The notes beneath the pieces were generated by a model. It saw only the letters and a program-made list of their open reading frames with translations, had not been told where the DNA came from and did not search any database. A program made the position numbers and the translations under genes. Positions 12,601-24,948 of a DNA stretch of 64,000 nucleotides are shown piece by piece; the first letter of the stretch is position 1, and each line of letters opens with the position of its first letter. This DNA is from Raillietiella orientalis (lineage: Eukaryota), in assembly GCA_036172245.1 (NCBI GenBank), contig JAYWIR010000037.1, forward strand, positions 930,001 to 994,000. The letters run 5' to 3'.

Positions 12601-15600
12601 GCTCGGCCGCCGGTCGGCTGGCAGCGCGCGCGCATGAGTTGTAGCCGTCAAAATCACGTGACCTGAGCGCACGGAAATGACCCTCTGCTGTGCGTCGCGC
12701 ATCAAATGGAGACGACACCGTGTCTTCACCCTGGAACCTTCCCTTGCTTCCCTCTGCCTCTTCGAAACAGATACATTGGCGCATCACCCCAGGCATCCGT
12801 CTCTGTTCAGGCGTTGCCCAGGGAGCGCGTGAAAGGAAGATCATGCTCGGGCGAGAGAGAGTGCGGGTGCGAGGGAATATGCCAGCAGGGGTCGGGATGA
12901 GCTGTAGCAGAAGGGGAGCATCTCTGGCCATGAAGAGGTCTCCGCCTCCATGCTCGCCCGCATGAAACTTCCGGAATCTCCCTATCTTTCAGAGGAGGAA
13001 GAGGATGGATGGAGGGGGGTGGAGGAGGAGGGAACAAGCGAGCAAGGAGGATGGGGACGGATGGGATAAGAGGTTCCTGCGCCAGTAGAGCCCGGGCTGA
13101 TTCTTCAGTTTTTTCGCAGATGGCGTTCCTTCGCACTAGTTGCCCTCGTAGAGGAGCACGTCCTCTCCCGGGGGTGTGCTGGCCATGCGGTATCAGGGAG
13201 AAATCATGTGAAGGGAACTGGATGATTCCAAGTTTTTGGACGAGCTTTTCCCGGGATGCTGCCTCCGCGTGCCTCGACCCAAACTCGATGATTCCTGGTG
13301 TCCTCGTTTTCCCCAACAAATGTGAATCCCCTCCTCCCTTTCCTTCAAATTGAAAAAGCACCAAGGAGCAATTGAAAAGGGAATATTCTCGGCTAGGGAG
13401 AGGAGATCCAAATTATTTGGCAATCACCCCAAAGAACAATCAGCAATCGTCTTCGAACTCTCTTGCTGAAAATGCTCCATCTTCCGATCACTGCCTAAGA
13501 GCGGTCGGCCGGTAAAGAGGGAGATGCGAGTTAGAAGATATCTCTTCGAATCTATCATTCGAGAAGAGCTTGGATCCCGCTTTCTTTCACCGTAGACAGA
13601 GGAGAATGGGGAGAATGAAAAGTATCTCCTCCCACGCAGGCTTCGAGTGGTCCGATGGAGTGCTACCGACAGAACGTTGCATGTCGGCAGCTTGGCGTGC
13701 GCGTGCACCATCGGCACGCCTCTTACTATCTCTCTCCCTTTCCTTAGCCGCCCCACCGTGAATTTCTAGATAACTTTTCTCCACCTACCACAGTCCCTCA
13801 CATACCCTCCTTACTCCCAGGGGAACCGAACGTCACACTCTGCCTGCTACTAAGAGCCAACACTACTACCGGCCACATCCCGATCATCATGTTGTCAAAC
13901 ACTCGTCCCAGTCCCGTCCATCCTTGTTGCCATTTTAGAACGAAACATGGCCCCCATATTCTGCCATACTCGCCTCCCCGTAAACAAATAAATAACTACA
14001 ATAATAACCCTCGATCCATTTTCCCTCCACCCTTAGAGACCCTGGCCCATTCTCATCTCTCTCCTACTCCCATCCGTAACCCTTTCCCTAACCTGTCCGG
14101 AGGCTCACAACAGTCACACCCCTCACAGGGAGGAAGCTTCCGCTGGCATGAAAGTGCCAACAAAAACTTCTGCGCTCCTCTTCGGATCTGCTTAAAGAAG
14201 GAGCACCCAGATTGGAGGTCCCCGAGCTGGGGCATCGCAATGGTGGCCACGAGAACCAAACGAGCTGATCTTGGAGCTGCACCGCCGACAAGCATCACAC
14301 CTGGAATGCCAGGCATCGCGGAGCTAAGTCAGCGCCAGCCACGTTCTGCACTCGTTACATTACACTAGCATGAGTGTTTTCCCTTGATAAATCTCCAGCG
14401 GTGGCGGACAAGGATGGGATCTGTGCACGCGGTGCTCATTAGGGAGAGCGCTCTGTTATTCCTTTGCACTGCGAGGTTCCGGTGATCAAGAAAGCCTGGA
14501 CACCACTACCTCTGGCCATGGCCAGAAAATTATGGAGAGCGGAAAGAGACTCTCTTCTTGGATGTGGCTTCGAGAGGTCCGATGGAACCCACTGCATAAG
14601 ACGCCGCGTGTCAGCAGCAGCCGGGGAAGGGGGATGTGGAGAATGGGGTGCGCGCGTGGCTACATAGGGCTTCGAGGAGACACCGTGGCACCGTCCTTGG
14701 CTGCTTTGTTGTGCTACGAAGAGAAGCCTGGGGAGGGGTGGGCTCCTCCCCCACAGGGACCTGCGAGCCGACGATCACATCTTTCTCTACCCGATAGTGG
14801 AGCAAAGTTGGCCCAGCTTCACAATACTCCGGGGGCTAGACTTCAGGAAAGCAGTGTCACACTAGAGGTGAGATTCCGTGCTTTCTCCCGGGCCCCATCC
14901 TCTGACCGGATGCAGCAGAAAGCACGAGGCCTTCCGTACGTGGCCAGTGCTGCAGGATCCATCAGGAAACATCGATGAATTAAGACGTTCCATGTCCTCA
15001 GGAGGGCGTTCCAAAACAGCAACAAGTGGGGGGAGGTTCTTCGTGAGTTTTCCAGCAACTGCTGGACTTGCAGTCTTGAGGGACGAAGGAGCCGCCGAGC
15101 AATCCATCCCAAGCTGCTGGAGCCCGAGGATATCCCACTTTTTGCTTACCTGTCTTTCGCACATGACGAAATGCTTCAGAGCTCTCTTCCAGCTCGGTAG
15201 AAAGGCCTCTGGCAGTCTGCACTTCTCTTCGTCCCGGAAGGTTTCTGACCCCTCCCCCCTCCGATTCGCTCCAGGAAGAAAACACTGAGCAAAGGAGTAT
15301 CCCACGATCCCAACCGGCTCCCTTTGCGTGTTGCCGTCACATGAAAAGTTTTTCGCGTGGCACGAATGATCCTCGTCTCCTCCGTCTCCTCGTTGGTTTC
15401 CCAGGTCCTTATCCACTCGACGGCATCCTCTTCTCGAGACTCGAAAAGGAAGGATCGTCGTTAAGCTCCTCCGGTGAGAAGCTTGACATGTTCTTTCGCT
15501 TCCACCAAGGCCAGATGTTTCGCACCCGACTGATGATCCGTTCGTGGGGCTCCACTTGATGGCTTCCAAGGAACCTTAGAGAGGAGGGAGTGGGGGAGGA

Positions 15601-16500
15601 AATGAGGAAACGCCCAACGGCTGATCAGGAATTTCAAACGCCGAAGTTGCTGCGCACAGGATTAGAGAGGATCACAAAGATGCAAAGTAGCCATCAGATG
15701 CTCTCACAATGTGGGATGAGGTCAGCCATGCATGCTGTCGTCAAACGCTGGATCTCGGAACGGGGAACCTCGAGCTCCTCCTCATTAATGCCCAGCGAAT
15801 TCCTGGACCGGAGCAGCTACCGAAAAAGCAGTCTTTGAATCTTTGAGCGGCCCTCACGTTCGTGCGAGGGGTCTCATTGCTACTAAGGAACGGCGCTTAC
15901 TTTGCTTAGCAACTAGATGGTAACAGAGCTGTACCAATGTTGTCGAGAACCATCAACATGGTCTTAGCCAGAACCAAATGTATCTGTGATCAGTGGACCA
16001 GCATCCAAGGCGCCGATAAATTTTGTACCTATCAGACGGTTCTATAAATTCGCAACATGGACGAGCTGAATGGATGGATAGACACGGGAGGATGGATCCA
16101 CGGACGGGAATCCATTCATGGACATCAGTAACTCGAGCGTTCTCTGAGTGCCCATGGTTCCAGAAAAATGCATAATCAACGCAGCTGTATCTGGACGGTC
16201 GCTCTGTGTCGAGAAACAAATGCAAAGTGTGCCAGTTCATCGAAAGGCGTTTCTCATTCTTCTGGGTCCATTTGGATGTCAGCATTGACGATTGATTACT
16301 GCATCCTCATGAATTGCAGCGTGCATAGGGAAATCCACTTTAGCTCTCCTCCTGTGTTTGCAACCCCTTCTGAATTCCAAAATTAACATGTAGATGATCA
16401 GTTTGTACGCATCTTGTAGCAAAAGCAGAGGTGATGGCAAACGAGTCGAAAAAACGATCCCATTCTGGGAGAACCTGGGATCTTCGGAAGGTCCGCCGGT

Positions 16501-17227
16501 TTGGAGCGGCCGTGTGACTGTGGTCTCCTCGCGTAGCACCTGGCGTTGCAGGTTCGAATCCCAGCCGGGGGAGGATCGGCGCCGAGAAATGGGGATGCAC
16601 CGCGAGTTTCGAGTCTCTTCCACGGGATGACAGTGGCTGGTCTGTAGGCTTTGGGTGCCGCACTGGCGGAAGCAGCCGCAAACCGGATGCCTTCGTTGAG
16701 TCGCCGGGATTGCCTGAAGCTGATCCTCCGGGGTTCGCCTCCGGTTGCGCAAATGGAGTCGTCTCCTCCCTCCTCGAAGGGGTGGTATACACGATGGAGG
16801 GTATACCACCCCTTCGGATACACCATGGAGCTGGTGGATTGATGACATCTCTCCAGAGTATGAAGAAGCGCTCTGCTCTCTCCGGGGAGCGCCCTTCTGA
16901 GAAACTGGGGAGCGTCCCTTCGGAGTTCTCTTCAGATGAGCGCTTCGCTTGCAGGTGCCCTACGGAGAAGAAACGAGGAGTGACCCCTTCCGGAGTTTCT
17001 CCGGAGAGAACAAGGAAGAGGTGGTTTCCTTCGAAGTTCCTTCCCAAGCTCAAGAGGAACGGGAACCAGGGAACCAGGGAGTCTGGAGAACTCACTGGTT
17101 TCATGAGGTGGTCCCTTCGGGGTTGCCCCTCTAACTGGAAGAGTTAAACGCTTCGTCTGGTGGCATGGACAGTGTTAAAGAGATTCATTAGTTCCCTCCC
17201 TCCTCGTAAGGGAGGCGAACGGTTCTT
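16501..17227 (+). mobile_element. tRNA-headed SINE-like element, copy A (near full length)
   Basis: Pol III B-box GGTTCGAATCC at 16551-16561 with a degenerate A-box upstream. The body is homologous to copies at 20054-20650, 24358-24948 and 60985-61641. Ends in GGCGAACGGTTCT. Confidence 0.8.
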
Positions 17228-18689
17228 AACTACTTGGCGAATCCAAAGAAAAAAAAAAAGCTGCAAATCGGGAAGTGAGCTGGGGTGGGAAACAGGTTTC
17301 CACATAGCAAAAATGGGTAGGGCACAGTCACCTTATTTAAAAGGAAAAAAAAGTCATCTGATTGCGGATGTCAAAAAGTGACACATTTCTTTTTCGCCGT
17401 TGCAACCCGAAAGGAGGCACCACAATGAAGACCACAGAATGAGTTTTTTTTTTTTTTTTTTTTTTTTTCCACTAGCAGACGAGCATGAAAGTCGAGATTA
17501 AAACCTGGAGATGGGTCTAAAGATGAAAGCTAATAGAAAAGAAACTACAAGACGTCTCGAAACTATCCTTCCTGCTGAAAACAGAAAAAAAAAAACACTT
17601 TTGGAAGGGACTTTCGATTCGTCAATCCATAAATCGAAGCAAATGAGTGTCCTGAATTAAAGTTCATCATGAAAGTCAGCCATCAGTATTGTTGCCGGAG
17701 AGCAGAGGTCAAACTTTCGATTTTTCAACTGAACCAAAGATTAAACGGCACCAAAATTTAAACATCCGTCTTTTCGTGGGAATGGTGATTCGTGAATGAA
17801 GCACCACCTATCCGACCCTGAAGCCTTCGATCTTCCAAAGTGCAAACCGCTCACTGAGGCGGGTTCAGTCGTGCCTTGCGTGGAGCAGGTCCTCATCTTA
17901 GCAGAGGGACGCAGAGGTTTTTGCGGCCGGATTCTACAATGCATCCTCGCAAAGCGCTGTTCAAAATTCTGGGAACCATCTGCTCACAAACCATGTGCCA
18001 ACAAAATATTCTGGCTTGCACTTTTAGAGGAGACTAGTAGAACTGATGTTGCATCGTGACCGGTCCTCTCCGTCGTCAACAAGAAAACATGGGATCAGGA
18101 AATCACTGCAAGAATGCTCGATCTTTTAATCCGTTGGGTTCAGACTGAACTTGGAGAGGTCCATGCTTTTACGAGTGAACGAGCTAAGCTTGCATCAGTG
18201 CAGGGCATCAGAAAACCGAATCCTCCGGTGCATCGGTGCCACTAGCCTCAATGAATTGAGAGAAGCATGTCACTGAGGAAGCATGGACCTATTCGCATCA
18301 CGTTCCATCTTTGAAAAAGTCCACGTTCTTGAAACGCAAGGAGAGTTGGCACTGGACAAACCTTCAATGGTAATTCTAACCTTGCTACCAAGAGGATAAG
18401 TCTGAAATACTGTTTTTCCCTGGAGGAATTTTGGATGGAGACAAGAGCATTCGCTTTGAAGGAAAACTTTTCCTTCTCCATCATCATAGGATGATGCCAA
18501 AAAAGTTCATGTCACTAGACTCTGAAAGAAGATTCGGATCATGGTTGTTTCGTTAGAGAAGAACTGCTAATGCTTGCTGCAAACACGACAGCAAAGCAAA
18601 GAAGAAAAGATGTCATTAGACAATGTTGGTTGCTGTCTCTGAGATGTGCTGTGGTCCGAATGATCAGATGCTGCAAAAGCAACCAGAAC

Positions 18690-18910
18690 ATTGCCAATAA
18701 TACTTGGTGAAACCTTTTGCGAAAGGACAAAACGAACAAAAAGCAGCAAAGGAAAAGACAGATGGAGACTGCTTCTGACGCTGCTCTCCCATCCTCACTG
18801 TTCGAGGATGTAGGAAAAATAATGCAAGTTAGTGAAGCGGAAAGACAAACCAAACAGAAGTTCTGTCTCCTTTTGAACCGTCTGCGAACAGGTAAACTAC
18901 TAAGTGCAGA
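18690..18910 (+). pseudogene. PIF1-family (Helitron-type) helicase relic
   Basis: LFEDVGKIMQVSEAERQTKQKFCLLLNRLRTGK (about 18798-18896) matches the PIF1 motif L.E..RQ....F..LL.RLR.G. Upstream LPIILGETF sits where the IL.GDF.QL motif is expected. Frames are broken. Confidence 0.45.
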
Positions 18911-20053
18911 TAACTGGAGCACAAATGTGACGGACGGGGAAGGCCGTGTCCGGAGCGAACGCCTCGCTGAGGGTCAGTTTCGTGAGCCCACCAGGAAAGA
19001 GACAGGAGTTGGACCTCATTACAAGATGTGGACGTGGTCCGGCCGAAAGGAGCATCAAATACTCGGGGCGGGCTGTCTTCCCGTGTCTGGAAAGAGATAA
19101 GGGGCGCGCCCACCACGGTGGATCGACGCGCACCTCTCTATGACATCAAGACTTCTCTAAACCTACTACACCCATCCCTTAACCAGGATCGGAAAAAAGG
19201 AACGAAAATCACCTACTCGGTTGACTGCTCATCGTCCCCGACCCTCTCTCGGGCTGGATTCGGAAAAGATTGCGAAGACGGAAAAGTGCGCCGAAGGAGC
19301 ATTCCGCGGTGGGCGTTATCCAGAGAGATGGCCGCACTTCGAGGAGAGACGGAGTCTCGCGCCGACAGTAGGAGCGCACCGAGTTCACGGAACCCTACAG
19401 GGCCTGTAGCCAAGGCGTCCGAATCCAGGCGCCAGAGATAGGAGCAGCAGCGGACGAGACCCGCTCTGCGTGTCGTCCCCGCACGACTTCGAGAGTGAAC
19501 TTCTCCTCAGGTGGAAGCACCAGCACTCCTGCGGCGGAGGAGCGAAGAGTCTTTGAGCTCGCGGACTTTGAGGAACAGAGGAATGAGCTGCAGTGGGAGC
19601 CTCGAGGTTAAAAATGCACTCATTCCCTTCCTGAGCATGCAGGTGCAATTAATCAAGTACCATGAAGACGCGCAGCATCCGCTGCATAGGTGTGTATGAG
19701 AGGTATGGAGGAGGCACGCATTCTGGTGACAAGCAGGTTCTGTGTGCAGCCAGCGAAGTGTGCCTTCTGTCTGCATCCGATGCCCTTGCTCCATCGGGAA
19801 GCATAGCAAAACCTTTAGCTTCTTCCTTCCTCCAACCTCTTTGGAGTAGGCCAAGAAGTCAGTTCTGCGCCTCTGTCTTGCGCCCTCTGCCTTGGTTTGG
19901 GAATCCTTCCACGGCTGCCGTCCCGTGCTTTGAAGATTTTCGGTGGAAGCGGCCATGTTTCCTGGTGGATTGATGGACGATTGGCAAAGTGGCTCTTTCG
20001 CAATCAAAGCTTCCTCGAGGGGTTCCGAAACGACCGTGACCACACGGCTTGCG

Positions 20054-20650
20054 TTGGAGGCCATGTGGCTGCGATGGATCTCCGCGTGTGGTACCAAACG
20101 TTGCGGGCTTGAATCCCCTCCTGGAGCAACGGCACCGATAAAAGGGGGTGCATCGTGAGTTTCGTGTCCTCCCCGTAGAGCGATGCTGGCTGGTCTTGAA
20201 GGCTTTGGGTGTAGAACTGGTGAAAGTCTGATGCCCCCACTGACCAGCCGGGATTGGAAGCTGACCCTCCGAGGTCCTTTCAGGAATCAAGGAGCCGGTT
20301 CACTTCGGGGTTCCCCTCCAGTTGTGCAAATGGAGTAGTCCCCTCCCCCCTCGAAGGAGCACCTTCCATCGGGTACATCATGGACTGGTGGATGTTACCT
20401 CACCAGAAAGTAAAAAAGTACGCTGCTCCCTTCGGGGAGCCACTGAAGGAAGAGCTTTCCAGAAAAATTTGGAAGCGCACCTTCGGGGCTCTCTTCAGAG
20501 GAGCGGTTCCCTTGAAAATCCACTCCGAAGAAAAAATTCAGGAGCGGATCCTCTCGGGCTTCCTTGAGGAGAAGAAACGAGGCGTGGTCCCCTCTGAGGG
20601 GTTCCTCCGTAAAGAATAAAGAAGAGGTTCCCTTTGAAATTTCCTTCGGA
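20054..20650 (+). mobile_element. tRNA-headed SINE-like element, copy B (diverged, 3'-truncated)
   Basis: A-box-like TGGCTGCGATGG and degenerate B-box GGCTTGAATCC. The body is collinear with copy A and shares a ~35-nt insert (about 20271-20305) with copy D. Confidence 0.75.
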
Positions 20651-23600
20651 GACAACTTTTATTTGCTCTGTCTCCCGAGAAGCGAAGAAGCGTACGAAGG
20701 ACCTCCTGCTAATCGCCCAGTGGAGCAATGGAAGGACCTGATTCCCGCTGATGGACCCGTGCTCTCCAGGTCGGGAGGGTGGCCTCAGCCCCCTGACTCT
20801 GGAATGGATGGAAATTCAGCCGCGATGACGAACGATGGCCATCGCAGGCCTCTAGAAGTACTGGAGCACCCCTGGTGCGTTTCGGCACGTCTCGTAGCTA
20901 GCCATGAATCCGGGACGGAAGGACTCGCGTTCTACCTTTTGTGCCCCCGCCCCAAGTTGCGAAGATGCGATCGCCCCCACGAATGCATGGCCACCTTAGA
21001 GAAGGAAAACGGCTGAATAATCCGTTGCTCCGTCAGCCCCGCCAGGCTCCTGGCTAGAAGAACCAGTTGGCACGTGGACGAAGATGAACGCGCTGAGCTC
21101 CGAAGAATGGAACTGTACCCTCGGGTGGTGTAGGAAACGTTGAAGAAGCGGTGTGCTGCGACCCACTGTTGGAGAGTCCTCGGCGAAATCTGCAATCAAT
21201 TCCAGCTTTAAAATCACAGTTCCTATTCTATTATGGTTCTTCCAGTCTATGGCGTCATCAGGCAAGAAGATTTCGTCCATGAATAAAATATGAACTGGAC
21301 TCTTTCTTTGCTGATCATCCCATTTTCTTTTCCAGGAAAGGTTCTGTCCGGTCCAGGAGATGAGACTCATAACCACGAGAAGAAGCGAAAGCGAAACTTC
21401 CGAACGGGAGGAAGGCGGAATGCGTGGGCCTTCAGAGAAGGGCAAGGGAAACTGGTAGGCCTTAGGAGGAGGTTCAACCAAAGTTTGAGGACACCAGCGG
21501 AGCACAGCCTCAGGATGTAAGTCGACCTAGAAGGTGGTGGAGATAACTGATGTGTGAGAACGACTCGTAATGCCAAGACGATTGCTGTAGCTTTCACGAT
21601 GGAGTAGGTCTTGAGGAAAAGAGGAAGGAGAGGAAGATGAAGGCAGTGAAAAAAAAAAAAAAGACGAGTAAAAGCAAATGCACGTCGAGTGGACAGTGAG
21701 AGGGACAGAAGACGCCCAGAGTGCATAGGCGAGCTATTCCTAGAGCCAAAGTCCTTTTAAAAGGACCTCTTTCCTTTCCTCGGTGGAGTGCCAGCTGTTG
21801 CCTTCAACAGAGACCAGACGAGAGGGAAGAGAGAACGACGACGCTCCCTCCCTAATCCCTGATTTCGTCTACGGGTTCCGGCGCAAGCGTCCTCCCACTC
21901 ACGAGTTTGTCTGCTCATCACTGCTTGCGGCCTCTGAGAAACTCGTGCAGGGCTTTCTTCGGAGATGAAACTATCGAGCGAGTCCCTCGCCATGGCCACG
22001 TCTGTTCTCGGGAGCATCTCGAAGTCGCCTCAGTATCTCTGCTTCGCGATTTGTCTCCGGCAACTAGCCTCTGGCTGCTGGATAAACCTGCCGCACGCGC
22101 TGCTGCTCAGAGCGTTCTCTCCCCTCCGCCAGCTCGGAGGATCTCGCCTTCGCGGATCGTGACCTGGATTCAGCCTGAAGCAAGGTTTTGAAAAATCGCG
22201 AGGGTGGGGTGTCTCACCAGAAGCAAACGTGGTTGGATCTTTCCTGAGAATGACGAAGGTCGCGTGTGAAGACGCCCTGGTATGGGAGCAGGTACCGTTA
22301 CTGTCCCTTCCAAGGCTGCAAAAAGGTTGTGGTGCCAGGTGGAGACCCTCGCTCGCTGCAGGAGCGCCTGCTTCTCAACGCACACCAGGAGGATCCTGGT
22401 GTGCGTCGGTCTATGCTGCAGCAATTCCTGGAGTGACTCCGGGCTTTCCGGGACACGGGAAAGCCCTGCGGAGCTGAAGAGGCCACGCAGAAGAATCGGC
22501 GGGAACTCTGGGATCGGATTCGGGCTGCCCATTCTTTCTTGCTGGAATTCCTGGAGGGAAAACGCTTCCAGCTGTTTTCGCAGCTCCTTCAGAGAAAGAC
22601 GTGCCTTCGAAAAGGCACGAGTCCCTCGCGGCAGAGCCAGGTCAGTGTTGCCACTGAGCCCCCGTTTACCAGAAGATTCATGAGCGCTGTCCCCCTTTCT
22701 TTTCCTCGAAAAGAGTAATTGCAACGTCAGCTCCTCAAATTTGCCATTTAAGAGAGGGTCTGGGAACGGGCGTCGTCCCCGAAACCATAAAAAAAAAAAA
22801 GAAAGGAAAACACCCCATCTCCTTGCCTCCCCTTTCAAACAGGGTCGTGGAAACCGGACTTCGAGATTCCGAGAAGATGAAGGCGCGATCTTTTGGGGCG
22901 TTCTCAAGGCAGATCCTTTTAGGATCTCTTTCGTTGCACAAGTCGCGCGTGCGCTTGGGGTATGACACAATAAGGGAGGGGTCACGAGCAGTTGCTTACG
23001 CTGGAAGGTGTTTACAGTTCTTGAACGCTGAAGGGATTGCAGGGGTGGGAAGGAAGGCTGCGGGACGGCGATTCGCAGTCGTCGCGGATGGATGCATGGT
23101 CGAGTAGCCTCGGTCTTATCGGGTTCTGGGACGACTGCGGATCCTATGCGGTTACCTCGCCTCCGGAGGAGAACTTCAGCTGCAGTGGTGATGGCAGTCA
23201 GCCAGGTACCTTTGCGGAACGGCTGCAATCCGCGCGCGGAGCAGAGATGGCTCTACGATGCTGCTGCTGTTGCCCGGGGAGGATGGCAAGTCTCTCTCCG
23301 GCGACCAGACTCCCTCATGTGATTCTCGATCTGCCTTTTCGTGAGCGAGCGTGTGACCCCCCCCCCCCCCCCCGAAGAATGTTTCCACAGAGGCCTGCGT
23401 CCTATGTTTGTGTTCAGTGTCACCACCGGGCGGATCTCTTGTCTTCCTGCTTGACTTTTCCGGATCGCGCGCGCACACTGCCACTCTTCAGGAGGAAGTG
23501 GTTGCAGAACGGACAGATTCCCACGAGTTTCGAGAAAAGGGATTCGGGAAGCTCTCTGGACCAAACTCTTATGCTCCTCCAAAAGAGCGAATCGGATGTT

Positions 23601-24357
23601 TTCCTTTTCCTCCCTTCCTCTCTTCTTTTTCAATCGATCAGCGGACTGAAGTTGGTCTTCTTCTTTCTCTTTGTCCATTGATGGCTTCATACATATGTGG
23701 TGACGCAGACTCTTTTGTTTGCTCCGCCCCAGCCGCGCTCTGAAACGCTTGCTCCTGGAACTCCCTGTAATCCTTGATGTCCTCGCGTTCTGTTCTCTCC
23801 TCGACTCTCCCACAGGCGCTCGAACAATGGCGGGAAACTTCGAATCAGGAATCCAGGGAATTCCACTGGCTACATTGCGCAGAGAGTCTCCTGGGAGGGA
23901 GCGCATGCGCCCTTCGACTTCGAATCCATCTTGCGATTCCGACGCAAAAGACCTGAAGAGCGGAAGCTCGGAAAAAGGAACGGGATGGAAGAGGGGAGGA
24001 AACCTCCGCGCGCTGCGCAGAGGCGAGAATTGAAGATGCAAGGAGAGGGCCTGAAAGCAGAGGTTGCCGAGGTGCAAGAACATCGGGAATCCCGGAGAGA
24101 GCGGCAGAGAGGCGATCTCCTGAAAGGGAAGAGGGCGGGGCTAGAGGAATGCGAGTACATGCGTACCGACTCTCCTCTCGGTACCCCTCGCATGGACGCC
24201 AAAGACGTACTTCATCGACTCCTGCCGATGCGTTTCTCCGCCCACTGCTCGGGAAGCTGCTTCCTGAACACACCGGACATTGAGCTGACCAAGGAGGTGG
24301 TCGATGCGTGTGCTGCTCGATCTTTCCGTTCTCCCGGAGCCGTTTCGTGGCGTATTC

Positions 24358-24948
24358 AAGAACCGTTCGCCCCCCTTACGAGGAGGGAGGGAACTAATGA
24401 ATCTCTTTAACACTGTCCATGCCACCAGACGAAGCGTTTAACTCTTCCAGTTAGAGGGGCAGCCCCGAAGGGACCACCTCATGAAACCAGCGAGTTCTCC
24501 AGACTCCCTGGTTCCCCGGTTCCCGTTCCTCTTGAGCTTGGGAAGGAACTTCGAAGGAAACCACCTCTTTTTTTGTTCTCTCCGGAGGGACCCCCGGCAG
24601 GGGTCACTCCTCGTTTCTTCTCCGTAGGGAACCTGCAAGCGAAGCGCTCATCTGAAGAGAACTCCGAAGGGACGCTCCCCAGTTTCTCAGAAGGACGCTC
24701 CCCGGAGAGAGCAGAGCGCTTCTTCATACTCTGGAGAGATCTCATCAATCCACCAGCTCCATGGTATATCCGAAGGGGTGGTATACCCTCCATCGGGTAT
24801 ACCACCCCTTCGAGGAGGGAGGAGACGACTCCATTTGCGCAACCGGAGGCGAACCCCAGAGGATCAGCTTAAGGCAATCCCGGCGACTCAACGAAGGCAT
24901 CCGGTTTCCGGCTGCTCCTGCCAGTGCCGCACCCGAAGCCTACAGACC
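24358..24948 (-). mobile_element. SINE-like element, copy C (5'-truncated, close relative of copy A)
   Basis: The reverse complement aligns at high identity to 16639-17227, including the 3' terminus; the ORF track shows near-identical translations. Confidence 0.85.

Noticed and set aside
16501..16575. Functional tRNA gene at the GGTTCGAATCC B-box (also 61585)
   Set aside because: I could not fold a cloverleaf or find a poly-T terminator, and the sequence runs on into a dispersed repeat body, so it is a SINE head.
17190..17227. HDV-like ribozyme (TCCTCG...GGCGAA words) at the SINE 3' end
   Set aside because: There is no room for the P1 3' strand or P4 between the putative L3 and J4/2; it folds as a simple hairpin.
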